Below, in pieces: positions 1-12,687 of a stretch of 64,000 bases of DNA. Every line of letters starts with the position of its first letter. The stretch's first letter is position 1. The notes below the pieces were generated by a model. That model was not told the DNA's origin. It was given only the letters and a program-made list of their open reading frames with translations, and made no database searches. The position numbers and the translations under genes were made by a program. Location of the stretch: assembly GCF_001194135.2 (NCBI RefSeq), contig NC_068996.1:45679516-45743515 (forward strand), read 5' to 3'. This DNA is from Octopus bimaculoides. Its lineage: Eukaryota.

Positions 1-579
1 TTAACCGCTGAAGCAAATCGAGCCGCAAAAAAAATAACTGGGCGCCTTAAAGGCACATTTCTTTTCTTTTTTACATTTTAGTACATAGATGACGGCCGGC
101 CTGATAGAAGTAGCAGCAGTACCCTCAAATCTCACCTCTACTTACAATCTAAAAAAGAACACGTTGGGTAATGTAGTTTCTGATGAACGGGTCGGTCATA
201 CCTGAAACATTTAAACATTGATCTGCACAGTTAAGCTGACTTTTGTTTAAACTTCATAGTAGTGTGTGTTAACGCGCGCTTAGGATACAAGAACTGTGAT
301 TCTTGTATAAATGAACACTTTGCTACATGCATTGGTTACTTCGTTTTCTTTTATTCGTTTTTCCGTCAGCACACACTCATATTTGTAAATATAAATAAAC
401 ATGAACATACGCGACTGTCTGTTCATGTAACTCAGATTTATTTCTAAGCAAGTTTAAACATAAGTGTTTCATACTTATTGGGCACACCTACACAAGCGTG
501 CCTCACCCGGTTATTTATTTATTTATTTTTTTTCCGAACATGTGTGTAGGTGTTTGTGTGTGTGTGTGTGTGTGTGTAT

Positions 580-823
580 TTTACTCTTTTACTTGTTTCA
601 GTCATTTGACTGCGGCGGTCAGATCACTGCGGCCATGCTGGAGCGCCGCCTTGTAGTCGATTAAATCAACCCCGGGACTTATTTTTTGTAAGCTTGGTAT
701 TTATTCCATCAGTCTTTTTTGCCGAACCGCTAAGTTACGGGTACATAAACACACCAACATCGGTTGTCAAGCGAGGTGGGTGGGGGCAATCACAGACACA
801 AAGACACTCATGAATATACACTA

Positions 824-888
<65 letters not shown>

Positions 889-1012
889 TATATGTATGTA
901 TATATTCTTTCAGTTTCCGTCTACCAAATCCACTCGCAAGGCTTTGGTCGACCCGAGGCTATAGTAGAAGACACTTACCCAAGGTGCCACGCAGTGGTAC
1001 TGTACCCGGAAC
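580..1012 (-). mobile_element. SINE family A copy, 5' head partly missing
   Basis: Reverse complement matches the family A body seen intact at 54566-55010: tail TTTTACTCTTTTACTTGTTTCAGTCATTTGACTG, central AC/AT microsatellite, and CTTTCAGTTTCCGTCTACCAAATCCACTC...CCCAAGGTGCCACGCAGTGG. Confidence 0.85.
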
Positions 1013-1063
1013 CTATATATATATATATATATATATATAAAGCCGCTTTTACAGTAATATATA

Positions 1064-1430
1064 TCTTTTACTTGTTTCATTCATTCGCGTGCGGCCATGC
1101 TGGAGCACCGACTTGAAGGATTTTAGTCGAACAAATCGACACCAAAACATGTCTTTCTTTAATTCTAGAACTTATTTTATCGGTATTTTTTAAGCGAACT
1201 GCTATGTTAAGGGGGCGTAAACACACCAACACCAGTTGTGGAACAGTGGTAGGGAACACACACACACACATATGCGCACATGACGGGCTTCTTTCAGTTT
1301 CCGTCTACCAAATCCACAAGGTTTGGTCGGTCCGAGGCTATAATTGAAGACACTTGCCTAAGGTTATACGCAGTGAGACTGAACCTGGAACCGTGTGGTT
1401 GGAAAGCAAGCGTCTTGCTACAAACACACA
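1064..1430 (-). mobile_element. SINE family A copy, diverged, tandem with the previous copy
   Basis: Same motif order as 580-1012: tail, TAAACACACCAACACC, microsatellite, CTTTCAGTTTCCGTCTACCAAATCC, GACTGAACCTGGAACC. Confidence 0.8.
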
Positions 1431-1849
1431 CACACACACACATATATATATATCTCAACTTCATAATTTAACTATTTGCTTTAATTGAATAATTATCTAT
1501 GGGTCATCTTTGAACGAATATACCTACGCCCTCTGTCCTGTTTTATATAGGGCTAATACCCTAAAATATATTTTTTTCTTTAATGCATTAGGCTTTGATT
1601 TTCTGCAGTTTAGTTATTTCTAGACATTGAGCAGGTGACATGAATTTTAATTAACGTGTTTCGGCGACAGTGTTCAACTTGCATGTATAAATTAATATAG
1701 GTAGAAATATAATATATATGTGAATTTTTATGCATATCAATAGTATGTAGTTTTTCCCCGGACGATTCGATAGCTCCGTAATTCTATCAACCGTCGTCTT
1801 TTGTCGCCTGCTTCGTTCTGCGTTCCTTCCAACTATGAAAATGTTTCAG

Positions 1850-1862
1850 GTTACCTAGCAAT
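1850..1862. promoter_or_regulatory. RFX X-box-like motif
   Basis: GTTACCTAGCAAT is a 12/13 match to the GTTRCCTAGCAAC form of the X-box and lies in a locally CpG-rich patch (about 1760-1940). Confidence 0.25.
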
Positions 1863-2455
1863 AAGCAACTATCTTAAAGTGTTGCTTTACTTTTCTCTCC
1901 TTTTCTTGACAAGGCTTTCGTCGGCTGAATCTCAATGCGTTGCGAAATTATCCATTTACAGTATTAGTAAACACATTTGTGCTTTATATATACTTGTGTG
2001 TGAGTGTGTGGATTTGGTTGTGTATATATATTTATGCTTATATATTTGTGTGTTGATTTAATTGTGTATATAGATTTGTGCTTATATATTTGTTTGTGTA
2101 TTTAGCTGTGTTTATCTTAAGTTTTTCTATCACAACTAGTCGAGGTTTTGATATTTCATATTTAGGCGTCCCATATCATGGAAAAGGTTTCGGAGGTGAA
2201 GGATCGGGGTGAAAAAAAAAGGAACACTGATCTAAAAAAAAATTTGTTTTTCAAAATCGTTATTTTCGATATTCATAATATATTAAATTTTAGGAGTCAG
2301 ATGATTACATCCTCGGTAGTTTTAAAAGACAATATGGTGCGGTTTAAGGAAGATTTGGCTGCTAGTTCTAGCACGTTAATTAACCTCATAGTTTCCCTCT
2401 ATGTATGTGCTGCAGAAGTGTGTGTGTGTGAGCAAAAGGGGAATGAGTGTTGTTT

Positions 2456-3004
2456 CAGGGGTTCTCAACCATTTTTAACTCTGGACCCCTTTAATTACTA
2501 TTTTATTCTGGTGGACCCCCAAAGCCATTCAATGCTTAAAAATTAGTTTTATTAAAACTTCTTTCAAAATTCCTATTTTGTTTTTCTCACATTAACTTGT
2601 TTAGGTTGAACTATGTAAAATGTTAGGGAAAGGAACCTACCTGTTTCTTTCAATACATACATCTATTGCAGGGGTTCCCAGCCATTTTTTTTTTTTTTAT
2701 CTATGAGCCCTTTGATTACTATTTTATTCTGGTGAACCCCCTTAGCTATTTGATATTTAAAAACTAGTTTTATAGAAACTTCTTTCACAATTCCTATTTT
2801 GTTTTTCTCACACATTAACTTGTGTAGGTTGAACTATGTAAAATGTTAGAGAAAGAGACTTAGCTGTTTCTTGCAAGTGCAATACGTACGTCTGCAACAA
2901 CATTTTCCCAGGAGCCCTCAAAATATTATTGTGGATTCCCAATTTACTATTCTGTTTCCCGGACCCCCCCAAAATCTTATATGGACCCCGGTTGAGAGCT
3001 ATTG
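2456..3004 (+). mobile_element. hAT-type MITE with internal tandem duplication (5' part 2456-2668 repeated, then complete copy 2669-3004)
   Basis: Left ends CAGGGGGTTCTCAACC (2456) and CAGGGGTTCCCAGCC (2669); right end GGTTGAGAGCTATTG (2990-3004). About 200 bp of interior is repeated (TTACTATTTTATTCTGGTG...GGTTGAACTATGTAAAATGTTAG). Related to 44852-45143. Confidence 0.75.
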
Positions 3005-3622
3005 GGTTAAACATTCGTTCATTCATGCTTCGATAGTTACATCGACTCTAAAGCAGAACAAAACTAAAATAATTTTTTTTTAAATGAACAAAGAACATTT
3101 TTTACTCTTTGTATTAAGTTTTGAAGTCGATTCAAATAAATTAGTTGAAAATATTTCCAATAGTTCTATCTGTTAATACAACCTGTTAATGATTGAGCGA
3201 GCAGCGGAACATGTAGTCGATTGGGTATTAAAAGTTAACAGCTGAATCTCCATGGAACAATATTCGTTCTTCTTTCTGGCATTTCAAATGTCAGAAGAAA
3301 GGACCACATTAAATAATGCACTTATTAATTTCAATAAATAATGGAGGTGGCCACAGCTGAAATAACTTTCTGAATTTTGTTTCTGCTCGGTCACAACTGA
3401 CCTGTGACAAACTTCAACAGGCATATTGATTTCGTTATAGAAAAATCTGATAATTTGTTTTTGTTTATACATTATCGCATGGTTGTAAGTTCTGCGTGTG
3501 TTTTTCATGCAACAGGTGGCTGCCGCACTAGCCTTAAATTAAGAGCATTAAACAAAGGGAGTGGGGAAGCAAAAAATAATAATAATTTCCCTTGGTGCCA
3601 AAAGCTAATTGAAGAAACATTC

Positions 3623-3837
3623 AGGCGTGTGGTAAGCGGCTTAATTCCCAACCACATAGATCCGGGTTCAGTTCCACCATGTGGCACTCCGAGCAAGTGT
3701 CTTCTTCTATCCCAGGGTTGACCAAAGCTTTGCGAGTGGATTTGGTAGGCGGAAACTTAAAGAAGCCCATCGAATAAATAAATACACACACACACACACA
3801 TACACACGACGGTCTTCTTTCAATTTTCGTCTACCAA
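3623..3837 (+). mobile_element. SINE family A 5' portion running into a gap
   Basis: GTGTGGTAAG...GGGTTCAGTTCC...GAGCAAGTGTCTTC...GAGTGGATTTGGTAGGCGGAAAC. Confidence 0.75.
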
Positions 3838-4338
3838 NNNNNNNNNNNNNNNNNNNNNNNNNNNNNNNNNNNNNNNNNNNNNNNNNNNNNNNNNNNNNNN
3901 NNNNNNNNNNNNNNNNNNNNNNNNNNNNNNNNNNNNNNNNNNNNNNNNNNNNNNNNNNNNNNNNNNNNNNNNNNNNNNNNNNNNNNNNNNNNNNNNNNNN
4001 NNNNNNNNNNNNNNNNNNNNNNNNNNNNNNNNNNNNNNNNNNNNNNNNNNNNNNNNNNNNNNNNNNNNNNNNNNNNNNNNNNNNNNNNNNNNNNNNNNNN
4101 NNNNNNNNNNNNNNNNNNNNNNNNNNNNNNNNNNNNNNNNNNNNNNNNNNNNNNNNNNNNNNNNNTAAACAAACTTAAGAATGGAGAAAATCGTCTTTAA
4201 TTGGTGATTACACCATGCAGTACTTACGATTGTTTTTGTTGATTCAAAAACTACCGTAGATGTTTATTCCACTTGCATTCATTGATATTTGACCGTTGGA
4301 TATGGTTTGCCAAAATCCGTTTAACATTGAGTGCTTTA

Positions 4339-4564
4339 TACGAGGTACGTGCTGAAAAGTTCCTGGCTTTAGGTAAAAGAAAATCCGGGAGGATCAGTTT
4401 ATTATGATTTTATTCAACACGTCCCCTTCTCAGATTCACACACTTATTGCAACGGGTCCTTCAGTTTTTCTGATAACCCTGTGAAAGAACACGGAAGGTT
4501 GGACTTTCTACCAGGCCTTTTCGTGATACCCTTGAAGCCGGTAACTTTTCAGTACCTTCTCGTG
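4339..4564 (+). mobile_element. Tc1/mariner-type MITE
   Basis: TA-CGAGGTACGTGCTGAAAAGTTCCTGGCTTT ... GAAGCCGGTAACTTTTCAGTACCTTCTCG-TG: imperfect TIRs with TA/TG flanks. Same interior as 27658-27883 and 35404-35625. Confidence 0.8.
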
Positions 4565-4754
4565 TACACACACACTCAGACACATACATACGAGGAACCT
4601 TTTAGGGCCCCTCGTAAATCTCTACCTGAATTTTAAAATTTCTTTTTACTTATTCTTTTTTTTTGTGTGTGTGTCCCCGTCCCACCTCTGCTTGATAGCC
4701 GGTTTTGGTTTGTTTATGTCCTAGTAACGTAACGATTCGGCAAACTGAACCGTT

Positions 4755-4841
4755 AGTACTAAGTTTAAAAAAGAGAATAAGTACTGGGGTCGAGTTAAGG
4801 CACTGCCCCAGCATGACCACACTCCGATGACTAAAGCAAGT

Positions 4842-4918
<77 letters not shown>
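4755..4918 (+). repeat. SINE family A 3' tail fragment followed by a long (AT)n microsatellite (about 4845-4918)
   Basis: AATAAGTACTGGGGTCGAG...CCCCAGCATGACCAC...GATGACTAAAGCAAGTAAAA, then about 36 AT units. Confidence 0.8.
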
Positions 4919-4920
<2 letters not shown>

Positions 4921-5384
4921 ATATACTTTCTTTATTAATTAATTGTTCAGTCCTAACTGTTAGATTAATCCTGAGACCAAAACTGGTCATTATCGGCGAG
5001 CGCGCATTTTCTTCTCTGATTTTCGCGAATGAAATCTCTGGAGATCCAACTTTTTATGAAGAACTAGTATGGACTATCTTGCTACTTTTACATAATTATA
5101 TTTTCATGCTTATATGTATTAACAATTATTATGTTTTCATGACAAATAACTGTCTGTCTATCGTGTTTTCATCATTATTTCCATTAGTGGGGCCGGTTCA
5201 TTACCCACAGCTAACTTGTGTTTACTTCGATTCCGTCTTCCATCCATCATTTCACGTTTAATTTGTTTTTAAGTATTCATTCTGATCAGTCTGCATCAAT
5301 TCAACGCCTTTTGAAGTTGCATACATACATACATACATACATAGATTCGTAAATTGAAAATTTACTCATACATTCATTCCTACG

Positions 5385-5549
5385 TATTTTCAGTCATTGG
5401 ACTGCGACCATACTGGGGCACTGCTCTGAAGTGTTTTAATCGAACGAGTCGATGCCAGGACTTATTCTATCGGTTTAACATGCTGAACCGCTAAGTTACG
5501 AGGATGTAAACAAACGAACACCGGTTGTCAAACGAACACCGGTGGTGAG

Positions 5550-5593
<44 letters not shown>

Positions 5594-5745
5594 NNNNNNN
5601 NNNACACACACACACACATATATATATATACGACGAGCTTCTTTCAGTTTCCTTCTACCAACAGCCCGAGGCTATAGTAGAAGGCACTTACCCAAGGTGC
5701 CATTCAGTGGGACTGAACCCGGAGCCACGTTGCAAGAAAGCACGC
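5385..5745 (-). mobile_element. SINE family A copy with internal deletion and small gap
   Basis: TTTTCAGTCATTGGACTGCG...GAACCGCTAAGTTACG...(CA)n...CCCAAGGTGCC...GGGACTGAACCCGG. It contains a short local duplication of CAAACGAACACCGGT at about 5510-5543. Confidence 0.8.
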
Positions 5746-6500
5746 TACTTGTCTCTATACTTCGATCTCTGGCGGTTTTGATGATGATATTTTGGTTGGT
5801 GTTCGAACAGGTGAATTACTTCTTGCTCATTGAAATAAGATCGTAAGCGCCTGACTGTTTCACAAACGCGTGTGGCCTTTTTATGTAATTCTCAAGTGGG
5901 AAATCAGTATGATACTCTCTGCCTGCTAAATCTGAAACTTGCGACTACAACCTATTCAGTGGACTTCCACACAGTTTCCGTCAATCCATTTTCAATTCGC
6001 ATAGCTTTGAGTCGACTCGCGCAATCGTAAAAAAACACTGGCTTAAGATTGACAACGTAATGGCTTGGACCCCTGAGATTGTGACTGAGAATCAACGCTG
6101 TTACTCTTTCGGTCGTGTGTTTGCGTATTTAATTGTATGTAGCTTTTCTTCTGATTGCTTCCGTGGTTCCTTATTTAGACTCAGCTCAGCCCTAGTTGAC
6201 AGCTTACGATCAAAGGCCTTTCAATTATGATCGTGTGTGTGTGTATGTATATCCCTTCCGGGTTTGCTAAACGGATGCCAATTACGTGCCAACCTCGATT
6301 AAATGTGTGTGGTCTGATATTAGAAATCGGCCGCATTGTCTTGCTACCGAAAACGGGGTATTATAATTCGCTCGAGTTACATTCCTTGCACTTTACTCTA
6401 TACTGTGAATAAAAAAAAAATGGACGCAGCCTGGATTTTGTCGGGGTTGAGACTCATATTAAAATTAGATCCATCATTAACTTCCTATTTTGAGTTTGTA

Positions 6501-6904
6501 TACTCTTTACTCTTTTACTTGTTTCAGTCTTTTGACTGTGGCCATGCTGGAGCACCGCCTTTAGTCGAGCAAATCGACCCCAGGACTTATTCTTTGGAAG
6601 CCTAGTACTTATTCTATCAGTCTCTTTTGCCGAACCGCTAAGTTACGAGGACATAAACACACCAGCATCGGTTTTCAAGCGATGTTGGGGGGACAAACAC
6701 AGACATACAAACACATACACACATACATATATCTATACATATATACGACAGGCTTCTTTCAGTTTCCGTCTACCAAATCCACTCATAAGGCTTTGGTCGG
6801 CCCGAGGCTATAGTAGAAGACACTTGCCCAAGATGCCACGCAGTGGGACTGAACCCGGGACCATGTGGTTGGTAAGCAAGCTACTTACCACACAGCCACT
6901 CCTG
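6501..6904 (-). mobile_element. SINE family A, near full length and young
   Basis: Reverse complement aligns end to end by eye with 54566-55010, from the head (CAGCCACTCCTG) to the (TAAAAGAG)n tail. Confidence 0.92.
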
Positions 6905-6944
6905 TATGTGTATATTACATACATATAGGTTGTTCGTGGGTTAG

Positions 6945-7041
6945 TAGAAGACAAATGCCCAAGGTGCCACGCAGTGGAGCTGAATCCGGAACCGTGTGGC
7001 TGAGCAGCAAGCTTGTTACCACACAGCCACGCCTGCGCCTA
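6945..7041 (-). mobile_element. SINE family A head fragment
   Basis: TAGTAGAAGACAAATGCCCAAGGTGCCACGCAGTGG...CCACACAGCCACGCCTGCGCC. A separate + strand tail fragment lies at about 7060-7110. Confidence 0.8.
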
Positions 7042-7896
7042 TAGTATATTTTATTTTTCTAGGCGGTGCCCCAGCCTGATTGCAGTCCGATGACTGAAAA
7101 AAGAAGATAAAAATCTTTCTCCTTTCTCAGTCTGATTGTTGTTATTCTAAAACCCTGCCCTGATGTGAACTCGCATATTGAATGATATGTATGAAAAAGC
7201 ACGACTCTCGGAGTAGGGCAGTCTCAGTCACGTTATAGGCCCTCGGGGGAAAACCATGCACTGGGTTCTATATTTATTTATTGATAGTAGGCTACAGCAT
7301 ACATAGACTAGTATTGGAATCCCACGCTCAAACAGAGTCCAATTTATTTATGTCATATGACGGCTCTGCTTCGAAGCTATGCGCATTAACTCATATTTTC
7401 CTTTCGCACAATTTCATTGANNNNNNNNNNNNNNNNNNNNNNNNNNNNNNNNNNNNNNNNNNNNNNNNNNNNNNNNNNNNNNNNNNNNNNNNNNNNNNNN
7501 NNNNNNNNNNNNNNNNCCCCCCCCCCCCCACCACCACCACCACACACCCCTCACATAATGGCAAAACGAACTTTTTAACTATTCAATTATCGGAAACAAC
7601 TAGAATCAATATGGTCGCTCAGCCCACTGGAGAAAAAAAAACAACCGTTTCTTCTTGAAAGCTCATCCGCTAGTCCTTAAAAATTGGTTATGTTTGATAT
7701 AATGTTACAGCTGAACATCTTCGAGCGTCGCTTTTTTTCTATTGGAGCTTGTCTAATGCTAAACAAACTTAATGAAACAAGTTGGGTTCATACATATTCT
7801 GAATTTAGATGTACACGTGATCTATATTTGTTTATTCACGCTCATACACTCATTGTACATGCGCATCTTGTACTTTTTGTGTATGTTTGTTGGTAG

Positions 7897-7927
<31 letters not shown>

Positions 7928-8848
7928 CACTTATACACACACCTACCTATCTAAATAATCAAACTGAATATATTCATGAACACGTGTGTATGTGATTCTT
8001 ATCGCTGGTGACATAAATACAATATAATGTAGAGATACGGGCAAGCACACTTTTTACAATATACATCAGACACAGATATAGTCCTGAAAGCAATCAATCC
8101 CCCCCACACACACACACACACAAAAACATACACACATACACACACACACAAACATTCTGCTTCAGGCATTTGCTCATTCGTATCCAATTTGTTATATATT
8201 TAGTATCCGCACGAAATCCAAATGGCTCTATTTGAAATAACAGTGGTAATGTAAGCTATTTAGCTCCAGGTTAATTATTGGACAAATCTATGCTCTAAGA
8301 CCATCTCATCACTTTAGGAGATGCTAAAAACTGTATTCTCTTATGTGCCCCACACGTAAGATGGTAGGTTTAGTTTGAGGAAAGATTTTACCAACTTTTT
8401 GCCTAAGGCAAAAACGATGTGGTTGTGGTAGTTTTGATATTAAATTAATAGTATTCTTGGTAATGAGCATCTATGCGATATAATTTGATTAAGAGAAGGA
8501 ATATAACTTGAAGTAGCATCGCTACATGTGACAGACAAAAGTTCCGAAATGGCGCCTAGCTATAGATAGATTGATTGATTGATTTTAATCGGAAACAAAA
8601 TTCAGTAGAACAGTGTGAAGTTCTGCTACTTAGCATTTCCATTAATTCTTAATGGACGAAAATCTAATTTGATTGTTCGACATTAATGCTAGATATTGCG
8701 ATATTGCTAAATATTTAAATCGATGTAGTACCATTCCACTAGCTCAGCGGTACAAGATCTTTTCAGCTTCAAAGCACTCAGGAAATATATAATAATTTAA
8801 GAAAATGTAAATATAGAAAACTGTTGTTTATCTTGTTTTACCTTGTGA

Positions 8849-9152
8849 AGGTATATGGCTCAGTGGTTAGAGCGTCGGGCTCGCAATCATGTGATTGTGA
8901 GTTCGATTCCTGTTGCGTTCTTGAGCAAAACACTTTATTTTATGTTGTTCCAGTTCACTCAGCTGCGGGAAATAGTTGCGATGTCACTGGTGCCAAGCTG
9001 TATCGGCCTTTCCTTTTGTGTGAAGAGAGGAGGCTGGTATGCTTAGGTAACTGCTGATCTTCCATGAAAAGAACCTTTCTTGGATTTGTGCCTTGGAGGG
9101 GGACTTTCTAGGTGCAATCCCATGGTCATTCATGACCAAAGAGGGTCTTTAT
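8849..9152 (+). mobile_element. SINE family C (tRNA-like head)
   Basis: A-box-like TGGCTCAGTGGTTAG and B-box-like GAGTTCGATTCC, followed by TTGAGCAAAACACTTTATTT...CCAGTTCACTCAGCTG. The head is shared with 21238-21502. Confidence 0.8.
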
Positions 9153-10555
9153 TTGTGTCAACAAAATCATGATTAGCACAGTTTTCGAGGTGTTAGCTGT
9201 ACGTTAGAATGGATTATCTAAAACCTAATACTTTTTAAAAACTGGATGCGCCTTGCAACGAATTGTTTGAGAATCGCTGCACTAAATTTTGGTAATAATT
9301 TAAGGAACTTCTACGCAATGGCTCGAACTACTAGGAATAGTAACCAATATCCCTTAAATCACAAGTTTTCAAAAAGATTCATAGCAAGATATACTGGACA
9401 ATGTAGTTCCTGATAATGATATCTGCTCAATCAAAGTTGGCGAGGTTAAACGAAAAATCATCCAAAACTCTTAGCTGTTGATCATCAGTTTACTTTGGTC
9501 TTTTAAGTTTTGCATTTGCCGTTTTCTTTTTCCAAAACACTAGTTTCGATCCTTGACTCCTGATAATTATTTACTGAGTAAAAAGATCGTTAGGTGAACT
9601 ACATAATTTGAAAGGACATCCTACATCTTGTCACGTCTCTGCTGCTTCTGCTTGAAGATTACATTCATTAATTAAATATAGGTGTAACCTGTGGAATACT
9701 CGCTCAGTCAGTCGAGTGCGTGTGTGTGTGTGATTTAAAAATAAAGTGGAAAAGAAAGGAAGCGGCAGGAACCAAACCTAATTACTCAGTGATTATTGCT
9801 GTTAAATTAAAGTAACTCGAGAAATAGACACGGCAAGGAGTGTGACTACTTCATATGACTAAACTTGCTTTTGTTCATCTTTTGTTATCCAAATGGAATC
9901 GTAGGAAGGAGACGTGTGAACATGTGTGTGAACGTATGTGTAACCCATTGAGAAACAGGAATACATTTCTAGTGATTTAAATTATGATGATGAATTCGTT
10001 TTTGACGAGGCGTAAGCGATCATCATATTTCTATGTTTAAATGAAAATGGCGACGTAGTGACGTTTTTTTTTTTGTCTTTTATCTAAAGTAATGAACGAC
10101 AATAGATGAAGGAAATAGTTTCCACAAAATAAAAAAAAAATTTTTAAACCGTCAGTGTCGGCTCTCTGATAACACTAACCTAGTTTTGCCGCGTGTCACG
10201 GAAGATTAAGTCTTTGGATTTGCTTGTCATATTCTTTGGAAATAATAACACCTGTTTGTTCCTTTTCATGCCCTTCGTTTATTTAACTGTAGTTAGAGTC
10301 TGATGAAGTGTGTGCTACTTCACGCCGGTATAGAAAGACACTGCAACTAAGTATTGTCAAGCCCCCACCGGCAAACCTTAATTAATATAATAATAGTGTG
10401 AGAGTGTACACATCATCAAAACTATGAAATCATGATCCTCGCAGCTTTTCAGACCACGCATCAATATTATCTAAATTGTCCTTTTTTTTTTTTTGCCTTG
10501 AGATATTAGGGCGTGATTTGAATTGAATCTAGTCTCTTTCTCTAACAAGCTAAAC

Positions 10556-10816
10556 CAGTGCTACTCAAAGTGGTGGTCCGCGGACCGGTGCCGGTCCGCG
10601 AGCCATCAGCTGCTGGTACGCGGTGAGTTTCCACAAAAGAAAGAATTATCTGTTTACAAAATAAATATAAGATTTAAAAATTATCGACTTTTATTATATT
10701 CATTATATATTTTTTTTCCGGTATAAATTAATACTACTAAGAAATATTACCGGTCCCTGGCACATTGAAAAAAGAAAACTGCCGGTACGCCATATCAGAT
10801 AGCTTGAAAAACACTG
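10556..10816. mobile_element. hAT/Charlie-like MITE (MER5-like left end)
   Basis: CAGTGCTACTCAAAGTGGTGGTCCGCGGACC ... CTTGAAAAACACTG. Flanks AGCTAAAC and AGCAAAGC form a degenerate 8-bp TSD (6/8). Internal palindrome CGCGGACCGG-TG-CCGGTCCGCG. Confidence 0.75.
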
Positions 10817-11251
10817 AGCAAAGCAACCATGTGTGTTTTCTTGTCGAAGAATAACTATATGAGCATTCAAGACTGTAGTACAGCACCTGGCATCCAGTAT
10901 AATCCAATCATGATCTCAATATACAATATATAATGATCCAATAATGATCTCAATATAATCCAATAATGATCTTCTGTTTCCTTTCACTCTTAGTTCAGAA
11001 CCTGACCAGGGGTCGACTCAATGTTGCATTCCTTAACAGTTTTGTCGAAAATCATACATGTTTACAATAAACGTACATTAAAATGAAACTGAAGGAATAA
11101 AAAAATAAATCTCATAAAAAAAATATACTTGGGTGAACAATTAACTTATGTGGTTTGAGGCGATGTTATAAGCGAGTGAACTGGGCTGTGATCGTATACA
11201 TTGGAATGAAAAATAAAAAAGTGGTGTAAACTGAAAGAAAAATGTTTAACA

Positions 11252-11644
11252 AGGGTGTGGCGGTGTGGTAAGAAGTTTGCTTTCCAACCACATGGTTCTG
11301 AGTTCAGTCCCAGTGGTGCCTTTGGTCAAACGTTTTCTACTATGGCCTCGGGCCAACCAAAGCCTGAATGGATTTGGTTGACGAAAACTGAAAGAAGCCC
11401 ATCATATATATATTTCTATATAATGTGTGTGTATTTGCATCTGTGTTTATCCCTCCCTATTACCACTTGACAACCGATGTAGGTGTGTTTACGTCCCCGT
11501 AACTTCGCGGTTCGGCAAAACAGGCCAATAGAATAAGTACTAAGCTTTAATAACAAGTCCTGGGATTGATTTGTTCAGCTAAAATCCTTCAGGACGGTGG
11601 TCCAGCATGGTCGCAGTCAAATGATAGAAACAAGTAAAAGAATA
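11252..11644 (+). mobile_element. SINE family A, full length, diverged
   Basis: GTGGCGGTGTGGTAAG head through CCAGCATGGTCGCAGTCAAATGATAGAAACAAGTAAAAGAA tail. Confidence 0.85.
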
Positions 11645-12687
11645 GAACATCGCAGATTATTTGTAACCGAAATAAACTACCTGAAAATTCCTACAAACTA
11701 TCTTGGTTGTATGTGTTTAGTGAATACTGCTCAAATTTTATTTTCTAATATTTATTCTAATCTGTCGGTGCGTCGATCAAAATTACGTTGTAATGTTTGA
11801 TTGTCTTCTGTTTACGTCCCTTTATAGGTCAGTTTACGTCCTTCCTAAGGTAATGAATAAAACAAGTAGCAATCAGACTATTAAGGACTAAAACAATGAC
11901 TCGACCGCAGTCAAATAAAATAGATTTCTCTTCATTGACTTATCTCTTCGTCTTCTACATCAGAAATGTCTTCAAAATAGACATCACTAATATGGATGTC
12001 AAGGTAACTGCTTAACCATACTTATTTCTCGAACGCTAGTTTACAGTCTCGTTGATATCATTTTGAAATGTTCAAATATGGAGCTTTCTAGAAATTGAAT
12101 TTTGCAACACATTGTTTTAAAAACTCTAGGTACGTCCTGATTGAGCACACCTATTGTCTAATATTCTAATATTAGCCGTTGTTTAATCCCGTGTCTGTTC
12201 TGACAAAGCAGAGCTGTAATGAAAGCCGTTTCTGTTATGACCTTACTGTATTTTTCCTGAAAGACAGTGAGGTATAATGAAATCAAGTGTGACTGCTGTG
12301 TCCAGCAAGCCAAAGCAAAATAAAAAATCCTGTTCTGTGGTCGTGTTCTAGCCACAGCTAGTCAGTCGTTTCCAAACCTAATTTGGATTACCTAATTCAA
12401 TTGCTTTTTAAACAAAAGTATTTAATTTTGAGAAGGCGTGTACAACCTATTGGCTACCCAACTGGACTGCCACTAAGATCGTGGTTGGGTTGTTTTCATG
12501 CACAAGCTACTTTACTGTCTTGCTTCAGACTCATCACACAGATATGAGTATTAACTTACAGATCGCTTGACGGGCGTTAAGTTAGTTTAGCGGTGTTGTT
12601 GATGAGTCATAAGTGTGACTAAAACCTTCAGGCAAGAAGAAATAAATTCAACAGTGACTACTGTACTACATGGTGTCTTTGTTACTA

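Noticed and set aside
8849-8915. tRNA-like sequences at SINE heads (also 21238 and 54566)
   Set aside because: A and B boxes are present, but there is no closing acceptor stem or T-run terminator and they continue into SINE bodies, so they are not tRNA genes.
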